A DNA stretch of 64,000 nt from Bacteroidota bacterium (lineage in GTDB: Bacteria; Bacteroidota; Bacteroidia; Chitinophagales; BACL12): assembly GCA_016706865.1 (NCBI GenBank), contig JADJIS010000003.1, forward strand, positions 18,030-82,029. Direction: 5' to 3'. The translations under genes and the position numbers were made by a program. Below, piece by piece: positions 46,363-53,693 of this stretch (its first letter is position 1; the number at the start of each line of letters is the position of its first letter). The notes below the pieces were generated by a model, which had not been told where the DNA came from, ran no database searches, and saw only the letters and a list, made by a program, of their open reading frames with translations.

Positions 46363-47673
46363 ATGAAAGTACGTACACTACGTAAAGATAAAGTAAACAT
46401 CATCACCTTAGGTTGCAGTAAAAATACTGTGGACAGTGAGGTGTTATTGTCGCAGTTGAATGCAAACGATATAGATGCACATCATCAAAGGGAAAAAGAT
46501 GATTGTAATATTATTATAGTGAATACCTGTGGATTTATTGACAATGCAAAACAGGAATCCATAGATACCATATTAAATTATGCGGAGGCGAAAGCAAATG
46601 GTGAGATAGATAAATTGTATGTTACGGGTTGTTTGAGTCACCGATATAAAGACGAATTACAGTTGGAAATTCCGGAGGTGGATGCATGGTTTGGCACCAT
46701 GGAGCTGCCACAAATGCTAAAGCGATTTAATGCGGATTATAAACATGAACTGATTGGTGAACGACGTATTTCCACGCCAAGCCATTATGCATATTTAAAA
46801 ATTTCGGAAGGATGTAACAGAACTTGTTCTTTTTGCGCAATTCCTTTAATGCGAGGAAATCATGTTTCGAAAACCATTGAAGAAATAGTAAAAGAAGCAA
46901 AATATCTTGCAAGTATTGGTGTTAAAGAAATAATGTTGATCGCGCAGGAATTAACTTACTATGGATTAGATATTTATAAAAAAAGAACATTACCTGAATT
47001 ATTATATGCCTTAAATGAAGTGGACGGCATTGAATGGATTCGTTTACATTATGCTTATCCATCTAAATTCCCTTTGGAAATTATTGATGCAATTAAAAAT
47101 TGCGATCATGTTTGTAATTATTTGGATATGCCACTGCAACATGCAAGTAATAATATATTACGTGCAATGAACAGGCAGATATCTAAAGAAGAAACTATTG
47201 AACTTATTAATAATATCAGAACTCAGATACCGGATATTGGCTTGCGTACAACAATGCTCGTTGGATTTCCTGGGGAAACTGAAGAGGATGTAGATGAACT
47301 TGCAGAGTTTGTTGATCAGATGAAATTTGACCGATTAGGCGTATTCACCTATTCGCATGAGGAGGGCACGAGTGGATATTTATTAAAGGATGAAATTTCT
47401 GCGGAAGAAAAAAGTGAACGGGCTGCACGCATAATGGAAGTGCAACAACAAATATCTTTAGATAAGAATCAGGAAAAGGTGGGAAAAGTATTTAAGGTAT
47501 TGATCGACAGAGTAGAGAGTAATAATTTTGTTGGAAGAACAGAATTTGATTCACCTGAAGTTGATAATGAGGTTTTAATTGATGCTTCGAAGTTTTATTT
47601 ACGTGTTGGCGATTTCACCAATATCAAAATTATAAGAGCAGAAGAATTTGACCTTTTTGGAGAACCGTTATAA
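46363..47673 (+). CDS. rimO: ribosomal protein S12 methylthiotransferase
   Basis: UPF0004 N-domain (NIITLGCSKNTVDSE), radical-SAM CNRTCSFCAIP and a C-terminal TRAM domain. Confidence 0.95.
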   Translation: MKVRTLRKDKVNIITLGCSKNTVDSEVLLSQLNANDIDAHHQREKDDCNIIIVNTCGFIDNAKQESIDTILNYAEAKANGEIDKLYVTGCLSHRYKDELQLEIPEVDAWFGTMELPQMLKRFNADYKHELIGERRISTPSHYAYLKISEGCNRTCSFCAIPLMRGNHVSKTIEEIVKEAKYLASIGVKEIMLIAQELTYYGLDIYKKRTLPELLYALNEVDGIEWIRLHYAYPSKFPLEIIDAIKNCDHVCNYLDMPLQHASNNILRAMNRQISKEETIELINNIRTQIPDIGLRTTMLVGFPGETEEDVDELAEFVDQMKFDRLGVFTYSHEEGTSGYLLKDEISAEEKSERAARIMEVQQQISLDKNQEKVGKVFKVLIDRVESNNFVGRTEFDSPEVDNEVLIDASKFYLRVGDFTNIKIIRAEEFDLFGEPL

Positions 47674-47700
47674 ATTCTAAAACATTTAAATATTTTTATC

Positions 47701-49296
47701 TTGAAATTAGAAAAGATATCATATCGTGAAACGGGTCGCTTCGCAAAAATTGTAACAGATTATTTAGAAGGCTCCTCTCCATTACGACCGTTTTATAAAT
47801 ATGAACCGAATATCGATTCGATTCAGGAGGCGATGAATGATAAATTGAAGGAAAATATTGATGGAAATAAATTAGCAGATAATTTGTTGGAGCAATATTC
47901 TCAAATTGATATGCCTGCTAAAGTATTTTCAAATATTAATTTATTCAGAAATAAAAATACCTTTTGTGTAGTTACCGCACATCAACTCAATATTTTTACC
48001 GGGCCGCTCTATTATATATATAAAACGATATCTACTATTCAGCTATGTAATACACTTAATAATAAATATCCGGAAAATAATTTTGTTCCTGTGTTTTGGT
48101 TGGGCAGTGAGGATCATGATTTTGCAGAAATTAATCATTTTCAATTGTATGGCAAAACCTACACATGGGATGATGTTCAGGGCGGGGTTTGCGGAAAATA
48201 TAATACAGACTCCCTTCAGAATATATTGCACGAATTGATCCCTGTATTAGGAGATACAGAAAATGCCCATTTTTTAATTTCATTGTTTAAAAATGCATAC
48301 TCTACTTCCAAAACTCTTGCTGAGGCTACACGAACAGTTTTGTCGGGGTTGTTTGGAGAATATGGTTTGGTTGTGGTTGATGGTGACGATAGCTATTTTA
48401 AAAAATCGTGTAATTCAATAATTGAAAGTGAATTATTGAACAGAAATTCTGAAAAATTAGTCAACGAAACATTATCAAAGTTCCCTTATGAGGCACAGGC
48501 AACACCCAGGGAAATTAATTTATTTTATAAATTAAAAAATATCAGGGAAAGAATTTTATATGATAATGAAAATAATAAATTTAAGATAAATAATACCGAA
48601 ATTGTTTTTACTGCGGAAGAGATGCAAAATGAGTTGAAATTATTTCCGGAACGTTTTAGTCCGAATGTAATTTTACGCCCATTATTTCAACAAAAGGTTT
48701 TACCCTCTGTGGCATTTATCGGTGGGGGTGGTGAGATAGCTTATTGGATGCAATTAAAGAAATTATTTGAATTTCATGAAATTCAATTCCCGATCTTATT
48801 GCTGCGCAATTCGTATTTACTAATAGATGCAAGTGCCGAAAAAAAGATAACAAAATTACAATTGTCTCCAACCGATCTTTTTAAAGACGAACATATACTA
48901 ATTAATGATTTTGTAAATAAACATAGCTCTGATGACCTCAAATTATCTGAAGAAAGCCAACAATTAGAACAAATATTTAACGCGATACAAAAAAAAGCGC
49001 AAAAAATTGACATCACTCTCGATAAAGCGGTTTTAGGTGAAAAACATAATATGTTAACTGTTATTCAAAAACTGGAAGGGAAATTGTTGAAGGCTGAAAA
49101 AATAAAAATGGATGCTGAATTGGGGCAAATCAGATCGATTTTGACCAAATTATTTCCAAATAATTCGCTGCAGGAAAGAGAAGAGAACTTTATTTCTTAT
49201 TTTCTAAAATATGGAAAAAACTTTTTTGAAATGCTTTTGGAGCAATCGGAACAGCCAAGCAGAGAATTTAAGATATTGTATCCTGACAATATTTGA
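47701..49296 (+). CDS. bshC: bacillithiol biosynthesis cysteine-adding enzyme
   Basis: 531 aa. N-terminal ..F.K.V.DYL.......PFY pattern, GQQ-type region TAHQLNIFTGPLYYIYK, and a coiled C-terminus. TTG start with no nearby ATG. Confidence 0.8.
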   Translation: MKLEKISYRETGRFAKIVTDYLEGSSPLRPFYKYEPNIDSIQEAMNDKLKENIDGNKLADNLLEQYSQIDMPAKVFSNINLFRNKNTFCVVTAHQLNIFTGPLYYIYKTISTIQLCNTLNNKYPENNFVPVFWLGSEDHDFAEINHFQLYGKTYTWDDVQGGVCGKYNTDSLQNILHELIPVLGDTENAHFLISLFKNAYSTSKTLAEATRTVLSGLFGEYGLVVVDGDDSYFKKSCNSIIESELLNRNSEKLVNETLSKFPYEAQATPREINLFYKLKNIRERILYDNENNKFKINNTEIVFTAEEMQNELKLFPERFSPNVILRPLFQQKVLPSVAFIGGGGEIAYWMQLKKLFEFHEIQFPILLLRNSYLLIDASAEKKITKLQLSPTDLFKDEHILINDFVNKHSSDDLKLSEESQQLEQIFNAIQKKAQKIDITLDKAVLGEKHNMLTVIQKLEGKLLKAEKIKMDAELGQIRSILTKLFPNNSLQEREENFISYFLKYGKNFFEMLLEQSEQPSREFKILYPDNI

Positions 49297-49335
49297 TGTC
49301 ACAAAACTATTAAAATTTAATAGGGAATTGGGGAT

Positions 49336-52300
49336 TTGTTAAGCATATTTGAATTGTTAATGGCTGATCATTTGAATACCCGCAAGATTCCTGTAAAGTA
49401 TCAGGCTCTGGAATATCTCCAAATGCCCGTAGCATTAACCGACAAGGCCTTTAACCTGCTGCATTTCAACGCTGCGTTTGCTACGCTAATTCAAACAAAA
49501 ACTTCTGTTTTTCCATCGCGTGATCTGTTCGAAATTTTCTCCGGACTCGATATCAGAACAAATACACAACAGCTTCTTGAAAACAACAACATTTCCTTCA
49601 TAATACATGGGGTGAAACACATAGAAAGTGCTGTATCATATGATTTACATTTGTCACTAATTGACCCAAAATTGGATCATTTGGAAGGTTACACAGTCAC
49701 CTTTATAGTTTCACATTCTTCTGACAAAAACCAACAAAAGATCAATGAATTGGGATTGCAGCATTTGCAATTGATGGAATTTACCAATAATGGTATTCTG
49801 ATACATCGAAACGGAATTATTGTTTTTGCAAACAAAAGAGCTAACACGATAGCTGCATTTCCCGATGGGGAGACCTTTGTGGGTAAAAACATATGGAATT
49901 ATATTTCAGATGAATTTAAAAAATTGGTAGGTGACCGCATTCAGGAAATTATTCAAAATAAAAACGCGGTAAAACCCATAGAATTAAAAATGATAAGAGA
50001 GGATGGGGTGATACTCGATGCTGAAGTAATTTCATTTCCACTTTTGTATGAGGGTGAATTTGCAATTAAAACAATTATAACTGACATCTCTCACAGGAAG
50101 AAGGCAGAACAATTATTGGTGGATACCCGACAACAATATTTTACACTTGTTGAAAATTTATCGGATGTTGTTTTTCAGACAGATACTGACGCACAATTAA
50201 TTTATCTGAATGCTTCCTGGGAAAAATTAACAGGATTTACCATTGAAGAAACTAAAGGAAGGTCATGTTTTGAATATTTACATCACCCTCAAAATACAGA
50301 GATCTTTTATTCTAAAGTGCGCAGACTTCTAATACATGGAATTAAGGATTTCCAATATGATCTTTTACTGAATACAAAAAATGGTAGTGCAAAATTTGTA
50401 GAAGTCAGTTTGCGACCGATTTATGATGAAAATAATCAGATTTCCGGAATCAATGGAATAATAAGGGATATACATTCGAAAAAAATTGCAGAAATAGAGT
50501 TAAAAAAGATCCAAAAGACCTTAAAGCTCCATCAAAGTGTTTTAGTAGGTCTCACCAAAGAAGAATCAATAATAAAAGGTGATTTAGATATTGCATTAAA
50601 GCACATTGCAAAAATTACTGCGGAAACACTAAATGTATCCAAAATTCAAATTAAAGAATTTATTAACGAACAGCAGGAGTTAAAGAGCTGTATCGATTAT
50701 GAAGCCGTTTCTGGTGAATATTCGAATGGAGCAAATTTAAGTTTTAGTCAATTTCCTTCTTACTTCAATACTTTGCTAAAGGAGCATGTAATTATTTCGG
50801 ATGAGGTTTTATATGATCCGAGATTAGAGGAATTAAAGGATGTTTACCTGATACCGGAAAAGGTAATCTCTAAAATGTGTATCACATTTGGAAGCAGAGA
50901 AAAGATATGGGGATTAGTTTGTGTGGAAAGCAGAAATGCATTTCACAAGTGGACTTTGGAAGATCAATCTTTTGCACGTTCAATAGCAGACTTTATAACA
51001 CTTGCATTTGAAAGTAATTTGCTTAAAAAAACACAATTGGAACTTATCGAAAGTGATAATTTATATCGCAGTTTGGTTGAACAGGCAACGGATGCGATAA
51101 TTATGATAGATAAAAATAACAAGTTTATTGATGTAAATTCTAAAATGTGCGAATTGACAGGTTTTACCAAAGAAGAATTATTGGAAATGACCTTTGAACA
51201 ATTAATATCCGGTAAATTTTTTGATAAAAGTTTAGATTACTACTTAAAACCGGGAAGAATAAACAGATTTTTTGGTGAACGAAATTATCTTACTAAAAGT
51301 GGAGAATTACGTATTGCGGAGATCAGCGCAAATGTATTTCCCGATGGTAGAATTCACGGTATAGCACGTGATATTACGGAAAGAAAAGTTCAGGAACAGG
51401 CTTTAATTGACAGTGAAGCGAGATTGGAACTTGCATTAAAAGGAGCTGATCTTGGAACCTGGGATTTTTATATTGCAGAAAATAAAATGGTGCATAATAA
51501 GCGATGGGCAGAAATGCTTGGATATTATTTTGAAAACACTGTGGTGACGCAACAATTCTGGGAGAAATTTTTGCATCCTGATGACAGCAATAGTGCCTAT
51601 GCAGCTTTTCAGGATCATCTGAACGGTAAAACACCATTTTATGAAGCAACAATTCGTATGTTGGCGAGTAATGGTGAATGGAAGTGGATCCTGGATAAGG
51701 GAAAAGTTGTAGAATGGGATAAAGAGGGGAAACCAATTCGTGCTTCCGGAATTCATCAGGATATTACTGCATTAAGGGTTTATCAGCAACAATTATTTAA
51801 CCAGAAAAAGTTTTTGCAGGAAATTATAAATGCAATACCTAATTTGGTTTATGTAAAAAATAACAATGAAGAATTTGTAACAGTTAACAATGCTTTGGCC
51901 GAATTTTTAGGGACTTCACCGGAAGAACTTTTGAGTTATAAACGTAATAAGGATCAGGGATATTCGGAAGTATTGCAAAAATTATTTGAAAGGGATTTTG
52001 ATGTGTTCATCACTAAAAAACAAGTTATTACGGATGAACAAAAAATTACAAATGTAGCTACAGGAAAAACATATTGGTTACAGTCAATTAAATTGCCATT
52101 GATGGATGATGATGGTAATTTTTCTGAAATATTATCCGTTTCGATGAATGTTACCGAAATTAAAAATAAGGAATTTGAACTGGGTATTTTAAATGATAAG
52201 TTGGAACAAAAAGTAATGGAACGAACCTCCATGCTTGAATCGGCAAACAAGGAACTGGAAACGTTTAATTATTCTGTTTCGCACGATTTGAGAACACCAT

Positions 52301-52914
52301 TGCGGTCCATCGATATTTTTGCCTATTTTCTCGAAAAAAATCACAAACAAATACTGGATAGAGATGGTTTGGAAAATATTCGGCAAATACGCAGCAGCAT
52401 CATTAAAATGAGTGCACTGATTGATAATTTACTCATTTTTTCAAAAATTGGTCGATGGGATAAAAAATCTGATATAATTAATACAAAAGAGTTAGTTGAT
52501 GATGTATTAAAAGATATTGAAGAACGTGAAGATATCAGTGCTTATAGAATTATTGTCGGAGAGTTGCCAGAACTTTCCGGAGATTATAAAATGTTTCGCC
52601 AGGCATTTATGAATCTACTTTCCAATGCAATTAAATTCAGTAAGGTGCGTAAAAAACCACAAATAGAATTTTTCGGCTCAGAAGATGAACGATCTGTTAC
52701 CATTGCAATTAAAGATAATGGTGTTGGATTTAGCATGGAATTTAAAGATAAGTTATTCAAGGCTTTAAAACGTTTGCACAGCGACGAACAATTTGAAGGA
52801 AGTGGAATAGGATTAGCAATTGTAGAACGCATTATTAAACGACATAATGGATCTATTTGGGCCGAGAGCAATGAACAAAAGGGGACGACGTTTTATTTTA
52901 GTATTCCTAAATAA
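49336..52914 (+). CDS. multi-PAS/GAF sensor histidine kinase
   Basis: 1192 aa. Several PAS/PAC units, a GAF-like segment (about aa 400-560), H-box VSHDLRTPLRSI, and HATPase boxes (NAIKFS, DNGVGF, GSGIGL). Start is TTG 49336 or ATG 49360. Confidence 0.9.
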   Translation: MLSIFELLMADHLNTRKIPVKYQALEYLQMPVALTDKAFNLLHFNAAFATLIQTKTSVFPSRDLFEIFSGLDIRTNTQQLLENNNISFIIHGVKHIESAVSYDLHLSLIDPKLDHLEGYTVTFIVSHSSDKNQQKINELGLQHLQLMEFTNNGILIHRNGIIVFANKRANTIAAFPDGETFVGKNIWNYISDEFKKLVGDRIQEIIQNKNAVKPIELKMIREDGVILDAEVISFPLLYEGEFAIKTIITDISHRKKAEQLLVDTRQQYFTLVENLSDVVFQTDTDAQLIYLNASWEKLTGFTIEETKGRSCFEYLHHPQNTEIFYSKVRRLLIHGIKDFQYDLLLNTKNGSAKFVEVSLRPIYDENNQISGINGIIRDIHSKKIAEIELKKIQKTLKLHQSVLVGLTKEESIIKGDLDIALKHIAKITAETLNVSKIQIKEFINEQQELKSCIDYEAVSGEYSNGANLSFSQFPSYFNTLLKEHVIISDEVLYDPRLEELKDVYLIPEKVISKMCITFGSREKIWGLVCVESRNAFHKWTLEDQSFARSIADFITLAFESNLLKKTQLELIESDNLYRSLVEQATDAIIMIDKNNKFIDVNSKMCELTGFTKEELLEMTFEQLISGKFFDKSLDYYLKPGRINRFFGERNYLTKSGELRIAEISANVFPDGRIHGIARDITERKVQEQALIDSEARLELALKGADLGTWDFYIAENKMVHNKRWAEMLGYYFENTVVTQQFWEKFLHPDDSNSAYAAFQDHLNGKTPFYEATIRMLASNGEWKWILDKGKVVEWDKEGKPIRASGIHQDITALRVYQQQLFNQKKFLQEIINAIPNLVYVKNNNEEFVTVNNALAEFLGTSPEELLSYKRNKDQGYSEVLQKLFERDFDVFITKKQVITDEQKITNVATGKTYWLQSIKLPLMDDDGNFSEILSVSMNVTEIKNKEFELGILNDKLEQKVMERTSMLESANKELETFNYSVSHDLRTPLRSIDIFAYFLEKNHKQILDRDGLENIRQIRSSIIKMSALIDNLLIFSKIGRWDKKSDIINTKELVDDVLKDIEEREDISAYRIIVGELPELSGDYKMFRQAFMNLLSNAIKFSKVRKKPQIEFFGSEDERSVTIAIKDNGVGFSMEFKDKLFKALKRLHSDEQFEGSGIGLAIVERIIKRHNGSIWAESNEQKGTTFYFSIPK

Positions 52915-52930
52915 TAAAATCAAGTCTGGA

Positions 52931-53014
52931 ATCAGGAGGTAATGGTCAGGAGTCATTAGTCAGGAGTCATTGGTCAATAGTCAATAGTCAATGGTCAATA
53001 GTCAGGAGTAAATG
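52931..53014 (+). repeat. heptamer array GTCANNR, 12 units in perfect phase
   Basis: atcagga ggtaatg gtcagga gtcatta gtcagga gtcattg gtcaata gtcaata gtcaatg gtcaata gtcagga gtaaatg. Begins 17 nt after the kinase stop. Confidence 0.9.
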
Positions 53015-53035
53015 CATCCGGATAGGAGGATCAAT

Positions 53036-53088
53036 CTCATTACTCCCGTCCGACCGGGTCGTCCGGGCGGGCATTACTCATTACTCAT
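53036..53088 (+). repeat. 53-nt direct repeat, copy A (GC hairpin + CATTACT heptamers), upstream of tRNA-Leu
   Basis: CTCATTACTCCCGTCCGACCGGGTCGTCCGGGCGGGCATTACTCATTACTCAT. Hairpin CCCGTCCG...CGGGCGGG at 53045-53071. Confidence 0.9.
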
Positions 53089-53169
53089 ACATGATTCGTA
53101 ATAAAAGCTCCAAACGAATCAATCTCACTACTCCCCACTCCCTATTCACTTTAATACCATCAATTTTTT

Positions 53170-53177
53170 TATTTTTG
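53170..53177 (+). promoter_or_regulatory. candidate -7 promoter box TAttTTTG for tRNA-Leu
   Basis: Exact TAnnTTTG match ending 7 nt before the first tRNA base. Confidence 0.4.
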
Positions 53178-53184
53178 CATATAT

Positions 53185-53266
53185 ACCGGAATGGTGGAAC
53201 TGGTAGACACGCACGTTTCAGAGGCGTGTGCCGCGAGGTATGCGGGTTCGAGTCCCGCTTCCGGTA
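53185..53266 (+). tRNA. tRNA-Leu (anticodon CAG), class II with long variable arm; CCA not encoded
   Basis: Hand-folded cloverleaf. Acceptor ACCGGAA/TTCCGGT. D-arm GTGG-AACTGGTAGA-CAC. Anticodon arm CACGT-TTCAGAG-GCGTG (U33, CAG, A37). 13-nt variable arm. T-arm GCGGG-TTCGAGT-CCCGC. Discriminator A. Confidence 0.9.
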
Positions 53267-53277
53267 CGAAATAAATG

Positions 53278-53304
53278 GTCTGTCTTTTTTTGACAGACTT
53301 TTTT
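53278..53304 (+). terminator. intrinsic terminator after tRNA-Leu
   Basis: GTCTGTC-TTTTTTT-GACAGAC followed by TTTTTT. Confidence 0.8.
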
Positions 53305-53344
53305 ATTTTAAATTTTTGATTTTCTTTGAAAGGAGTCGCGTTTC

Positions 53345-53375
53345 CGTGAATCGTCAATCGTGAATCGTGAGTCCG
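53345..53375 (+). repeat. 31-nt heptamer block CGTGAAT CGTCAAT CGTGAAT CGTGAGT CCG, copy A
   Basis: Repeats at 53549-53579 with 3 mismatches. Confidence 0.85.
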
Positions 53376-53492
53376 GGTGATGTGGTGTTTTCGGAGGATA
53401 TACTATCAACTTTATAGGATCTATCTCACCACTCAGCAATTTGTCAATAGTCATTAGTAAGGAGTAAAACTATTCGGCTGTCTGTAGGCAAA

Positions 53493-53545
53493 CTCATTAC
53501 TCCCGTCCGACCGGGTCGTCCGGGCGGGCATAACTCATTACTCAT
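53493..53545 (+). repeat. 53-nt direct repeat, copy B, downstream of tRNA-Leu
   Basis: 52/53 identical to 53036-53088, offset 457 bp. Weaker similarity extends about 50 nt further upstream in both copies (GTCAATAGTCA..GGAGTAAA). Confidence 0.9.
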
Positions 53546-53548
53546 TTA

Positions 53549-53579
53549 CGTTAATCGTCAATCGTGAGTCGTGAGTCCG
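53549..53579 (+). repeat. 31-nt heptamer block, copy B (CGTTAAT CGTCAAT CGTGAGT CGTGAGT CCG)
   Basis: See 53345-53375. Confidence 0.85.
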
Positions 53580-53646
53580 ATATAGGTTCCATCCAGAATT
53601 GGGATTTACATTTGAAACTAACAGCTCCATGCGGTCTGTCTCACCA

Positions 53647-53678
53647 CCTGCCTGACGCTGACGCAGTCGGCAGGCAGG
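53647..53678. other. GC-rich hairpin CCTGCCTG..CAGGCAGG just 3' of the E1 dehydrogenase stop, followed by a CCACTCA heptamers
   Basis: cctgcctgacgctgacgcagtcggcaggcagg has an 8-bp outer stem plus inner pairs. No T-run on the minus strand, so it is REP-like rather than a canonical terminator. Confidence 0.6.
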
Positions 53679-53693
53679 CTCCCCACTCACCAC

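Noticed and set aside
53091-53363. ORFs 53091..53363(+) and 53169..53357(-)
   Set aside because: Both run across the tRNA-Leu gene, its terminator and the repeat arrays.
53036-53545. Direct repeats flanking the tRNA as attL/attR of an integrated island
   Set aside because: The interval is only 457 bp. It contains nothing but the tRNA and repeats, with no integrase, and the repeats do not overlap the tRNA 3' end.
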